NCBI GenBank assembly: GCA_965645245.1
Contig: OZ287071.1
Coordinates: 1,550,001-1,614,000, forward strand
DNA length: 64,000 nt
Source of the DNA: Massalongia carnosa
Lineage: Eukaryota
Reading direction: 5' to 3'
A program made the translations under genes and the position numbers. Of the stretch, positions 51,079 to 63,570 are shown piece after piece (the first letter of the stretch is position 1; every line of letters starts with the position of its first letter). The notes under the pieces were generated by a model. That model had not been told where the DNA came from and ran no database searches. It worked only from the letters and a program-made list of their open reading frames with translations.

Positions 51079-51588
51079 TCATAATGAAGAAACTTTTGAT
51101 GAAGGAAGGATTTTGCTGACGAACAATATGCATATCCATGAAACGCGGTTACATGGCACTGAACACCCCCAAACTCGCTCACAGCTTTCCCCTATCATTG
51201 ACACTCCTCTTCTCTCCACCCCCCTCCTAGGCCCCCTCCCCCCCACGGGTGTTTTTCCAGGGGGGTGGCGTGCTGGGGAGGCTTTGGCTTTGGCTCTAGT
51301 TTTGGCCTTTTCTTTGGCTTTTTCTTTCTTGGCCTGTTCCTTGCGATCTTTTTCCCGTTTCCTTTCCGCCGCTTTGGCCGCTCTTTGTTGCTCCTGTTCC
51401 TTCTCCCTCTCCCTTCTCTCTCTTTCCGCTTCTTGGGCCTTGGCCTCTTTCGCTCTCTTCGCTTCTCGCCGCCGCGACTCCTCCGCCGCCCCCTCCATCT
51501 TCCATTTCCCCTCGTCCAACGCCCTCGTCATCTTACGCGAATGAAGCGGTGGACGACGGGTCATGGAGGGATGGAAGGAGGTTTTCAT
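51079..51588 (-). CDS. Possible low-complexity Lys/Glu/Arg-rich hypothetical protein
   Basis: Open frame with charged coiled-coil-like run (EAKRAKEAKAQEAERERREREKE); no recognisable family. Confidence 0.3.
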   Translation of the reverse strand: MKTSFHPSMTRRPPLHSRKMTRALDEGKWKMEGAAEESRRREAKRAKEAKAQEAERERREREKEQEQQRAAKAAERKREKDRKEQAKKEKAKEKAKTRAKAKASPARHPPGKTPVGGRGPRRGVERRGVSMIGESCERVWGCSVPCNRVSWICILFVSKILPSSKVSSL

Positions 51589-52193
51589 CGTGAGGATTGG
51601 GTTGGGGCGAGCGCTTCTCGTGAAAGGACAAAGAAGGGGGGAGGGCGGGAAGAGAGTCGGGGCTAATTGTTTGACTGATTGATCGCCGTTGGCGATGGAT
51701 GAGGGTAGGGATCTCGTGCGCACGCTACAAACCAAATCGATACGATCTCAAGATTTCCAAGTCGCTCGCATAAATATAAGAGAAGGAAGGGGTATTTAAA
51801 AACCAAAGGCACGCCGAATAGCGAGATATGTACACCCACCACAGTGGAACTCACTAGAGGAATGCTCGGGACAAAATTTAGTCGCAAACGGCTAAGTCCG
51901 AACGAACAGCAAACAACAACCAAATGAATCGAAACGAAAACCCAAACCTATCCAGTCTTTGAGCAGCTGGTATGAAAGAACCTAACACTCGCTACTTCAT
52001 CCGGAGCGTAGTGCTCTCGTTTCATCGTAGCACCCTGAATGCACGCATGCATCAGATCATCTTAAGCTGAACACGCCAAAACTATCGAATAAGTCTGCAA
52101 CAAAAAAAACCCCGGCCGGGGTATGAGAGATGATAATAATGTATTCCAAGCTATTGCTGAAAATACACTGTCACAAACCCTTAATGATCATCC

Positions 52194-55100
52194 TCAGCGT
52201 CTCTCACCATTTACAACCCCTTCCAAGTACCCAAGCAAGATCCTCCTATCCATTTGGGTCGTCCTTGGCATTCTCCTCTCTCCACCAAGTCTCCCAGTTC
52301 CCTCCTCAGTAACGGAGGCCAAGCTTTCAACTCGAGACCTGTTGATGATTGGAGGTACCGTGGGGGTTTGACTTCGCTGAAGTGGGCTTTTTTCCGACAA
52401 AGGGCTAATCCCATCAACGGGGTTCGTGAGCGCAGGCGATACGAGGGAGGATGGCTTATTAAAGAGGGAGAGCAAAACTTGCTTGTGCTCATCCGAAGGA
52501 TTCGGCCTATGACCAGAATTCATGTTGATCTTGGGTGATGGTAGTGACTGTATTGGAGAAGGTACTGTTGAATCTTGAAGAGCATGCAGTCCGTGAGGAC
52601 GACGAAGTATTTGCGGGTGGAAAACTGTAGGGGGAGTATTCGGCAGCGTCGTTGTTGGTGTTGGGACGTGGATTCTTGTTAGGGTTTGCGTACGGGTATC
52701 CGTAGCTTTTTTTGCTGGATGTGATTTTTTCTGCTTCGCTCGGGCCAATGGACCTTGAGTGCTTGTGGGTCGAGATATAATGGTAACTGGCAATCTTGTT
52801 GAAATCACTGGATGTTTGTTAGGGAGGGTTGCATTTGTCTCTTTCACGGTTTTAGCAAGCACTTCAAAGTAGGGCACATTGAGAGGGCCGTTGACGGTAG
52901 CCGAAACAGGTGATTTTCTAGGTTTAGAAGTAGCCACCGGGCCTTTATGCGTCGATGAGCCATTAAACACATCGCGTAAATCGTTTGTAGAGGGGTTTGG
53001 ATCGACTCGTGATGGCTCTCTTGAATGTGCGGGGCTAGATAGCGCGGACAGCTCCACCAACGTGGATGGTGGCTCTAATTTTTGCGTAGGAGTATTGTTC
53101 ATTGCAGGCGGAGGAAGGTCGAGTGGCTCTCCTTCCAGGATAGATGGCTTTCGGAGTAAGTTTAGTAAAGTATCTTGATGTTCAGATGCTAGTTTGTGCA
53201 AAACGCTGGGAACAGAAACTGCTTGTTGCGAAGTGACTACTAATCCATCGTCTATGCTGATCTGAATAGCTTCAGCTTCTGAGACCGCCTCCTTGTTGGA
53301 CAAAGTTGCATTCACTTCTTGCCTTTGAAGATTTTTATTACCATTGGCCGGCGGCGAATTCAGCGAAGACCTTTCGGTTTGCTTCAGTTGTGCTGAAGGC
53401 AGGGAGAGTGATGCTTTGAATGATAAAGTCTTCAGCTCAGTGGGAGCTAGCGATTCATTCCCCTTCGATTTCCCATTCGAACGATCCCGTTCCAGATTGA
53501 GCTGAAGACCGCTGACGCTAGGTTGCATAACTGGGTTCATATTCATTGCTTTAGAATTCAACGAATGAGAGCTCTTGAACAAATCTAAGAGTGCAGACGA
53601 GTGCGAGGTAAGCTTAGGACGAGGTAGATCATTGGCTGGAGGGCCGGAAAGAGCATTGCTGTTGAAGGTTCGAGAATTTTGGGCAAACCCAAGGCCACTA
53701 ATACGTTGATAAGGGCTTATAAATTGCGGTAAAAGTGTTTGAGGCTTGTACACGTCACGGCTTGATTTCAAAGGCAAACCACTCTGAAAAGACTGGCCGT
53801 TGACGGTGCTGGATTCTGGCAGGTAACTTGTCAACCGTGACGCAAGTGAAACTTGATCTGAAATTAAAGACTTAGTCTTATCATTCTGGTCTGGCATTGA
53901 GGACGTTGAGAACTCCACTGTCGTGGGGATCTTCGGGGTGAATTTTGAACCCTGCTGAGAATTCAATGGTAAGGACGTTGGCAAGGGTTCAACTCCCTTA
54001 TACAAAGACTTCTGAGGAGCGTGTCCCTGGTCTTTAGAGCCGCTCGGTTGTAACAGTGCTAGTAGAGCGCTCGGGTCAGGAGCGGTTAAGGTGCTCTTCA
54101 TAAGTGGTATTGTAGGCTCCACAGAAGGATTTAGTGGAACTTGAAGGAGGTTTTTCAGATGCGCTGAAGCATCTTCAGCTGAAAGGGGTAGCTTGTAGCC
54201 TTCAGATGAATGGCTAAGGGATGCTTCCCGGCCAGATTGGAGAACCTCGGTTACCAAACCGCTCGGTTGGCGTCCACCAGCCAATAAATCATAGCCATCT
54301 GTTTGCAAGGCGTGACCTGCGGAGGTTACGGGATCGCCGTCCCCAACAATGGCAGCAATATTGAGTTGGCTGTCATCCTTGAGCTTTTCCAGTTTCTTCT
54401 GATGTGAGATCCATTTCTTTAGCGGCACCATAAACGGAGCAACCATGTAATATTTATTGGCATTAATAGCCAGATCTTCCCCTCGTCCCTCCATTTGCTG
54501 CTTCTGTTTCTTCAATGTTGGTAATTCGGACAAGTTGTACCACTGGATCTTACTAATCTCCTTTCTCGTGCGAGGCTCGAATAGCGTTTCCATAGGAACC
54601 CCTCGAAAAATATATAGCCGCATGTGTTGCTCTCGCATCGTAACTTCTATGTATTTCATATCTTCGTCATTTCCCACAAGCCCTGCTTGATTGATATCAA
54701 AGCCCGTTTCCTCATAAACCTCCCGCACGGCACATGCCAAATCTGGCTCATCTTTATTTATCTTGCCCCTTGGAAAACTCCAATTCGCTCCCTTCTTCCA
54801 TCCCTTCACCAGCACAACCTGATCCATGTCCTGGTTGAGCATGATAGCTCCTCTCACCGGTACACGGGTTTTATATGCAAGAAATTCGGAAAATGCCGTC
54901 GAATGGTGGTACGATGAAAATTCCGACAAGAGTGGACAGTGCTGAAAGATGCGTAGGCAAAAAGTCTTAAGGTTAAGCGAAGGTAGATCCGGGTCCAGAG
55001 GACGAATGAAGTCCTCGTAGAACCATTGTGCCTCCTCGACCTGAAAACATATACGTTCGACTGATAGCAGCTCTTCTTGTGGCAGATTGATTATAAAACG

Positions 55101-55256
55101 CACGCACAAGTCATCCAGCCCTGTGAACTCCATCATCAGTCATCGTTTAAGGTCCACCTAAGTACTTGCTAGGAATGGCTACAAGCCAGCCAGGAATAGC
55201 TTTATGCATGGCAGTGTCCACTTACAATCGTCTAGCTGCATCTTTGTCTCTGTCAT
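52194..55256 (-). CDS. DCP2: mRNA decapping enzyme Dcp2 (intron 55121-55225)
   Basis: Box A WLDDLCVRFIINLP...EEAQWFYEDF, Nudix box FPRGKINKDE...AVREVYEETG, long tail with helical Leu-rich motifs (ALLALLQ, ALLDLFK, TLLNLLR, VLLSLFN). Confidence 0.96.
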
Positions 55257-56453
55257 CCTGATCTTCCAGCTCAAGCATTGCTGCTTTCGTCAGAGAATAA
55301 GGTGCCAGAGTGCACTGATGACTCGCGAGCTGTACAGAGTCGTCAAGTGTGAATCGGACACGCAGGCGAGGAGTCAAACAAACGTCACTGTGACAGACAG
55401 GGTCTTTATGAGGGTTTTCTTCAGTATATGACTGCCGTACTCTCAGAAAGCAGAGTTGCTAGAAGATGATCGGGTAGGCAAGGCGGGTAAATTTTTGTTG
55501 TGCAGTTTTGGAGACGTTTTGGGTATGGGTTTGGAGTGATTAAGACTAGGATTGCGTTGGTTTGGAGGGCGAAGCTGCGCCACTGTGTGGCGCAGGTGAA
55601 TGATCGTAAGCTAACTAACATCAATTAGGCATAAATCAGCTCGACCGTCGTTATCGTCGTCTTTTGGTTTTATATATTACCGCCTTGAGGATGGGACGAT
55701 GCTGCAGAGAGTACGCGCTTATGTTACTTATTTCTTAAGCCCCATCCACTCGCCTAAAGAGTACAGAGTATTCTGTACTCATTACGGAGTACAGAATACA
55801 GAGCTCCTATTTATTAATAAACTCCCTCAACTCCCCAAAAATCAATCCATCTTAAACCAATCAAATCTCCCCTCAACCCCCAAAATCCAGCTACAGCGCC
55901 AAAACAAACTCACTCATCCGAGCAACCATCTCTCCAAGTTTCAGTCGAAAAAGATACAAGAAAAAATAACCTCTCATCGCTCACCGGCCCCTCCCTTCCC
56001 AAATCAATCATGGTTCAGGACTGATGAATGACACACAGCACCTAACGTTACCGCTAACAACTGCGTGTAATAATGATGATGAAATTTCTTTGCGCTGGCC
56101 AGTGATAGATACCTGCACTACGTTGGTCCCCCGTCGTGATGCGCCTACGTGTATTCTTGGATTGAGTTCGGTGGCAAAGGGGCAAGAGCGCACAGAAGGT
56201 GGTATATATCACTCCGTGTGATTCTTCACTCGCCCTTATCACTTTTACTCATTCATTGGGGTGATCTGTATTGCTCAGAAGTATCACCTTACCTCCTTAC
56301 ATTCCAACTAATTTATACTACATACCTAATCTTTACGCAATCCTATCCTACAAAGCTGGTCTTTACATGAAACAAGTTTTTAAATTATCACCTCCGACTC
56401 TGTCCGAAACACCACAGTTTTTAATATCACCATCCGCCACCCTTCTAGAAAAC

Positions 56454-57413
56454 ATGACCTCAGTCGCTGTCAAGTTCTTCGCCAAGAAGTTCTTCAAAAA
56501 CTCGGTTTGTTATTTCTCCCTACCGCCTTGTGGAGGCCATAGGCTGACCGATGCTCGTTGAAGGACTCAGGAGGTTATGACAGTGAATACCAGGTCTTCA
56601 AGAAGGGGAAGCCAACCAAAAAGGCGGAGAGAAATAATGAAAATGCTTGGCTGGATCCGCTCCCCCTCACGGACTACGAGATTCTGAAAAGAGTTAAACG
56701 CCGAGCCCATAATCTGGATAGCAAGTTTTTCGCTTTTGGGATATATCGAGGATTTGGTTGGAGCAGCGTGGTCGGTCTTTTACCCATGTGAGTTGCCTTA
56801 ATGGCCGTAGAAACGAACGCTCACGTTAATTTTGGCTGCTAGAGTTGGTGACATTATGGAGTTCCTCATGGCCTTGTCGCTCATTCATATGAGTAAAGAG
56901 ATTTCGAACGCAGACCAAAAAGATGCAGTCATAATGTGGGGAAGGATGATGACAAATGCCTTGGTGGATCTTGCGATTGGCTTTGTCCCTGGCCTCGGTG
57001 ATATTGCTGATATGTTCTACCGCTGCAATACTAAAAATGCAGATCTTCTGGAAGATCTATTGATCAAGCGTGCGCAAAAGAAGAGAAAGGAGTTGAGGGC
57101 AGCTGAACAAAAACTTGCCAACCGCGTCGCTGATCCCAACTATTCGACTGCGCCTCCTTTGCCCGCGTCTGGAAGCATTCCTGGCCTACCCCCCCGGCTG
57201 GATCGTTTTCTTAGTGACCGGAGCGACGCCATGATAGCAGGACTCTCGCCGCCCCAGAAAGTGTTAGCAAAGCAAGGAATAGCCCAGGGTCGCCGTTGGT
57301 TCCAGGACCGTTCAGGGAGTGAGAACCGTGAAGGGAACGCGGAGAAGGGTGAGGCCGGTTTTCCCATGCCGCTTCAGGACATGCGCAAAACTGAGCGGAG
57401 AGCAAGGAAGTGA
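56454..57413 (+). CDS. DUF4112 membrane protein (3 exons)
   Basis: KRVKRRAHNLD...FGWSSVVGLLP|.VGD...MMTNALVDLAIGFVPGLGDIADMFYRCNTKNADLLE. Confidence 0.85.
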
Positions 57414-57731
57414 GTTGATTAGGATTTAAAAATTAAATTCATGATTACAGTAAAGTTCATCAGTCAGCGATCCTGTGAGCTTTTCAGCATTTTCGTGTCT
57501 TGATAATGCTGTCTTGTGAAAGAATAATCTTCTTACGAACTAATGAGCCTCTATCTTTCCCACCCACCACATATTAGAAAAAGAGAAATTCCCAAGCTTA
57601 GAGCTCAATGCCGAGCCTTATCATGATTCTAGAAGGATCCCTTCATTATAGTCTCCACAAGCTAAGAACTGTGCGGAAGATTAAGCCAAAGGGGAGATCT
57701 CTAAAGCCCTTCAACAATCCTGAGTAAAAAG

Positions 57732-57992
57732 TACTCATGTTCACCCCTTTTTGCACTCGTGCTAAACGCGACCGCTAAATTAGCTTCATAAAATAATAAT
57801 CACAAAATAAAAAATCAACTACGAAGATGATTATGATAACGAAGAAACATTTTCATTTCAAGATAGTACATGGTTGAATTTTTAACTATATGTATGAACT
57901 TATGATACTAAAGGTTTGAAATAATTATACAAATATTTGCTTTTTTCACTACTTTTTTAGTTTTAGCGCTGGTGCAAAAGGGGTGAAGAGTT
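57732..57992. mobile_element. MITE-like element with ~28-bp imperfect TIRs and AT-rich core
   Basis: ttcacccctttttgcactcgtgctaaa (57740-57766) versus tttagcgctggtgcaaaaggggtgaa (57962-57987); TA near both ends. Confidence 0.6.
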
Positions 57993-58969
57993 AAATCTTA
58001 AGAAAGTCCAAGGATACCAAGGCAAGAATCCAATCACAGTTACCCCGAGCCACCCAAGGTCGTGCATAAATCCTTCCATTACCTACATTTCTGTTCATAC
58101 AGTGGCTCCCAGCAAAACAAATATTGCCACACATACCCTAGCGATGCTAGAGGCTTTCCAGAGGCCCATGTCTTCCACACTTGGAAACTGAGCGTTCCCA
58201 GTAACTAGGCGGCTGGCGCCCATACGAGACGCCGAACGATGTAGATGCCGTATGACGACGATGAGACCAAGCTGGGAGCTTGGTGAAGCTTCCGCCGTCT
58301 CGGGAGGGGGGGGCCGCCCTTGAACGTTATACCTAGCGCTCGAATATACCAGGGGGCGAATTTGATCCGATCATGCTCTCAAGTCTAGCTACATTCGCTC
58401 CGTGTTGTACAGATGAAAATAGCGGCCCCCAGATTTGGGGTAAGATCGATGGGCCGGTTAGTAGCCTTGAGGTATTCTGAAAGGCCGAGTCAGAGACTTC
58501 GAGGATATAGAGAGTGCACTCATCTCCTATGGAGCAGTGGACAAAGGGAGTTAGGGAAAGTGTAGGAATACCTATTGTGAAGAGTTAATGGTGTGGGGCT
58601 CGTCCTACTTTAAGACCTTACGGAGAAAAACGCATCGAGGTCAAAGGTGGTACAACATAGAATGCATGCATCAAAAGACAACAGCAAGTATGTCAAGCTG
58701 TATCTTACGAAAAACAGCGAACGAACCTGCACATCAATTGTTGTTGGAATAACCTCATTTCCTAATAGTCTCTATAAGTTTCCGACTATTCCGATGAAAT
58801 GAAGGAATCCACTGATGACTCATAGCCCAGACTAATGCATTGCCAAAAACATGAAGTTTGGAGCATATTCTTTCAATCCAAGTTCCAACAGGTTCATGAA
58901 AAGAGCACTCCATAGATCCTCATAAGTGCGAACCGTCGAGGGAGTTAAAGGTTTCGCAAAATGGATACA

Positions 58970-60170
58970 CTATCCGGCATTTTGAACTAACCTAGCACAG
59001 CCGTAACAGAGGGTTGCAAGATTTCTGGGGACTGTATGGTCGTCTGCATACGGGGGTATACTGCTGCTTTGATCACCACCCCAGGGGCGAGACTCCTTTG
59101 CGATAGGTAGCTTGCAAATGTTGCATGCTAAACTAGAATAGGGGGACACGGGCGCTATCAGTTTACTTGAGGTCCGGACAACATTGGCTACAATGCTTGG
59201 ATAATTTTGCTCCACTGATTCGAAATATTGGTTCATTAGGTTGTCAATTGTGTTGTTTTTGTGGAGAACAGAGACTGGCGCTGGAGGTTCATTGTTCAGA
59301 ATCAAATCAGTTAGTGGTGTTGAGACCATCAGTGAGTAAGCAATTATTTCCTTTCTGAGCAGATCTCTCATCGGATAGCTGATTCTTAAACCATCAGGAG
59401 AGGTCCCATCAGCAGTTAACCATGGCAGTGAACCACCTCTGCCTTTGGCTGTCTCGGAAAGGGTTCTCTCCGCTAATCGAGTAGTGGAATCACCATACAA
59501 GATGGTGTCATAGCCATGTCGCCTTGCAAAGGCAGAACTGAGCCTCAGCCTTAGGACATTTTCAAGGTCGGTTTTTGAACTTGCGGAAGATAGACTTGAC
59601 ATGAGATGCAGCAATCGGGTGTGCTTATCAGCAGGAGAAGATTTCAGCTCTGGCAAAGTGGATTTCAAAATCTCTTCTTCAAGGTTGACATCGTAATCTA
59701 GTATATCTTGCAGCAAGATGGAGGAATAGAAATGCACAGGGAACCTCTCTTTTAGTCGCGCCATGGTCTTCGTGTGGTGTGCTTGTTCAATTACAGGTGA
59801 TTGCGCTATGTAAAGAATATGCAATTTGTAGCTTGCGCGACTGCTTCGCTGCAACTGAGTTCCAATCTGTTCATCAAGAATATGTAGTAATGTGATGGAA
59901 GATACACCCAATGAAATTGGAAGTAGAATTGTTCGGGGTGGTTCTTTGAAGGTTCCCCGGATTTTGTTGGCCTCCAACCTCTTCAAGACCTTGGTTGTGA
60001 TGTAATTCACAAAACATTGTCTGAACCACGATTCAGCTAGCTCATCTAACAGTGAATAAACGCGAGCAAACACACTGACAGAGATGCTCAGCGCGGACGA
60101 TCAGGGCAGCCTGTGACTCATGACACCTTGCACACAGCGGTGGCACAGCAGTCAGGCAATCATTAAGCAT
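58970..60170 (-). CDS. NCS2: Cytoplasmic tRNA 2-thiolation protein 2 (one intron near 60021-60077)
   Basis: N-terminal CARC...LC..CF, LLPISLGVSS, LYGDSTTRLAERTLSETAKGRG, YPMRDLLRKEI, YPSIVANVVRTSSKL, LCYGC. Confidence 0.92.
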
Positions 60171-60286
60171 ACTTTTCAATACGTCTGCTGCTTGCTTGCC
60201 TTTTTCGAATTTTGAGGCTGTGAGAAATGAAGATTTGCTGTGGCCGGGCGACGAGAGTACTGACTAATCAGGACGTGCGTGGCTCT

Positions 60287-60443
60287 ATGAGCCGGCTAAG
60301 CCCCTCCGGGTTAGCCTATTTCGCTAAGCCCTTCGGGTTAGCGTCGCTGCGTGCCGCCCGTAGCATGCGTAGTCAGCTAAAGGGCCGCTAACCCGAAGGG
60401 GCTTAGCGAAATAGGCTAACCCGGAGGGGCTTAGCCGGCTCAT
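60287..60443. mobile_element. Foldback/MITE-like element in the NCS2-PTM1 divergent promoter
   Basis: Arms 60287-60343 and 60386-60443 are reverse complements with a single 1-nt indel; 42-bp spacer. Confidence 0.8.
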
Positions 60444-60654
60444 GCACGTCTGAGGCCCACTGCCTCAGCCTTATCACAACGCTTATTTTCAAGAGGCTAG
60501 ATAAGTAAGGAATAGACATCCATAGAGCCTGGTTTTTGCACTTCTACTTAGCTATTTTCTGCCAGAGACGACTTTGTTCGAAAGGTTCATATCACGTCTC
60601 GTTCTTCAAGACCCACTGCCGCCAGTTCCGGAGGGCCGCAACCCCCGCGAGAAG

Positions 60655-62569
60655 ATGAAGTCGTGGCTACAAGCGCTTCTTGTGCTGGCGCTATCATCTT
60701 CCCGGGTCATTGCTAATGAGCTACAAATTGTGAGCAGCTGATATTGATCAAGAAGTCCAAAACTAATACCTATGTAGACTCAAGATGAGCAGGACAGGCA
60801 GCGGTGTTCGGGCATGTACAGCAAGAAAGCATGGGGAGGCTCAGTTGATCCATTCATTCTCATAACGTTCATCAAATCTTCCCAAGAAGGCAAAGACAAT
60901 CCATCTGTAGGCGTTGTAGTTTACGAATGGAGGGATGAAGACCTAATAGGAGTTTGGCCTCCGCCAGAAGCTGCAACAGTAAGCGATCCCCCCTGACCAC
61001 TAAGAGAAAGCTGCTGACGTCGAGGTAGTCTCAAAAAGCATACTTTTGTGATCAGGCAAACGTGAAGTTAAATCTCTGCAACGAAACCCAGATCGGCGAG
61101 TTTATTCTGAGCTCCAACGCAACGACAAATTCTCGTAATCCAATCATTTCCGAAAAAATCCTTCTTAATGATCCCAAATCGATCAACTACAAAATCGATC
61201 GGACTGGATATTATTGTGTTGGTACAAAAAGCTCCTCTGATGACGTTGAATATAAGGCTGCTGTGGAATTCCGAAACGCATATGGAGAGCTCCCCGCCGC
61301 TCAGATTGCAAAGCTTCCTTTCTACGGAGGCCTCACAATCGCATATGCGGTCATTGGAATGTAAGTGCGCTGGCTGGCTGTGATAGAAGTCATGCTTATC
61401 ACACATAGTTTTTGGGCTTTCCTGTACGTGCAGAATCGTCATGACATATGTTAGTCTTCCTGCGCTACCGTTTTCTCTGGAAGTTTAGGAACTGACCGTT
61501 ATAGTACCTGTACAAAATTATATCACCGCTATCATTGTGTTTCTTATTATGGAGCAGTTAATGACATGGGGTTTCTATGGTAAAGCTTTTTTTCTTTGTA
61601 AGCACTTTTTGCTAATATCTACAGATTATTCCAATTCTCATGGTAACAACGCCATTGCCAAGGTCATGATGATAATAGTTGCGGTGCTCAATGCCGGTCG
61701 CAATTCCTTTTCCTTCTTCCTCCTTCTCATTGTTTGCATGGGCTACGGCGTTGTCAAACCCAGTCTTGGCAAGACGATGATATACGTTCGATCTCTAGCT
61801 GTTGTTCATTTCATATTTGGTGTTATTTACGCTGTGGCTAGTCTAGCCATCATCACCCCGGATAACGCAGGACCCCTGCTTCTTCTAGTGATCTTACCCC
61901 TTGCAGGAACACTAACGGCTTTTTACGTTTGGACACTCAACTCCTTGAACCTCACCATGAAAGACTTGCTAGAGAGGAAGCAGAGCGTTAAAGCAATGAT
62001 GTACAAGAAGCTTTGGTGGTGCATTCTCGCGAGCATCATGGTCATCTTTGCCTTTTTCTTTCTCAACTCCTTCACATTTGCGGGAAGAAGCGATCCGGAC
62101 TTTGTCCCAGATCATTGGAAGACAAGATGGTTCATCCTTGACGGGTGGTTGAACCTAGTCTATTTTGTCGACATTACGTATGTTGCCTATCTATGGCGAC
62201 CTACGGCGAACAATCGACGATTTGCCATGAGCGACGAGGTACGTTTTGTTGCGCTCCGCCGTGGAAAAAGACTAAAAATCGCTAACCGTTGAAAAGCTGG
62301 CGCAAGATGATGAAGGATTTGAAATAGCTTCATTTGGTGGCTCCCTTGACGAGGAGGATGGCCGATCACCTGACCTCCACACGCCGAGTGGCAATCCCCC
62401 ATTATCGCCTGTACCTCCGAAGCCTGTCGATGATGGCCACGATCCCCGGCAATCGCTAGACGGAGAGACGATTTTTGCCGTAGGAGAAGACGCTGATAAA
62501 TGGTCCGATGACGATGAGTCACCTCGCAACTCCACGGAGCGAACGAGGTTGAATCACAAAAACCGGTGA
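60655..62569 (+). CDS. PTM1: GOST/lung seven-TM receptor family protein Ptm1 (multi-exon)
   Basis: Signal peptide, CSGMYSKKAWGG, FRNAYGELPAAQIAKLPFYG, LLLIVCMGYGVVKP, WKTRWFILDGWLNLVY, LWRPTANNRRFAMSDE|LAQDDE. Confidence 0.92.
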
Positions 62570-62817
62570 AATTCTTCAACTGTGCGGGGAAGGATGTAAG
62601 TTAGTAGGCGCCCTATTGATCTTGCGTTTCGAAAAGGCGTTGTAGTACAATGCATATTTGTAGTTGGCGTTTGAGAAATTTTGGGGTGTCAAGGGAAGAA
62701 TAACAGCGCCCCGTAAAAAAAAAAGTAATACCTTGAAGTTTCAATCCTTCGTCCGTTTCCCCCCACGCTCACGCCTGCCCACGCCCACAATGCATCACCC
62801 AATCTCACTTGAACCCT

Positions 62818-63375
62818 TCATCGTTTCCCCTTCTTCTTCTTCCCTCCACCCCCACCTTTTCCCCTCGTCCCCTCTTTCTCAGCTCCTCCCACCTCCACCT
62901 TCACCTCTCGATCCCCCTTCGGCTCCTCCTCCCGTTCCGTCCGCTCCGGCAATGCTGCCATTACTCGCCCACACGTCCCCAGCGCCGTAATCAGCCGCCC
63001 CACCTCCCACGCTTTCTCTGTGCTGTATTTCAAACATACGCCCGAGACCGGATCGTAGGTTTTCAGCACAAGCACAGCTTTCGCGGGCTGCTGTGATGGC
63101 GTGGAAGTTGGCTCTGTGGAGGGGGTATGGGCTGAAGGGTTTGGTTTCGACTTTTTGCCGGCGGAACGGGATTGGGGGAGAACGGTGTATTTGGTGGTGA
63201 TTCGGGTCTGCGTAGAGGATTAGTGTACGTGAACTCGCTTGACTGGGAAAATGAGGTTAGAGGGAAGATTTGAAGGGAGGGAGAAGAACGTGTGAAAGCG
63301 TACGGTTGTGGGGCGAGCGGAGAGTAGAAGAGTGGAGTTTTCAAGCCAGGATTGCGCGGTGGGGAGGTAGGGCAT
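62818..63375 (-). CDS. SRP21: Signal recognition particle subunit Srp21/SRP9 (one intron)
   Basis: MPYLPTAQSWLENSTLLLSARPTT|TRITTKY...LVLKTYDPVSGVCLKYST...EVGRLI; basic tail KKKKGKR. Confidence 0.88.
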
Positions 63376-63570
63376 TTTTCTGAGGAGTAGACTGGATGCG
63401 TGTGCAGAAAAAGAGCTATCTATATGTATCAATTGGTTATATCTTTCATGGTCAAAAGTTTGAGGGCATTTTGTTGGTGGATTGTGGTTTAGGGTAAATC
63501 CCACGTAGGGCTGAACCCTACGCCATTTCGCTTAAGATGGAGTATTTTCTTCCCAGAACACAGATCAATC

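Noticed and set aside
58000..58950. Possible gene or relic between the MITE and NCS2
   Set aside because: Only short frames with no recognisable homology.
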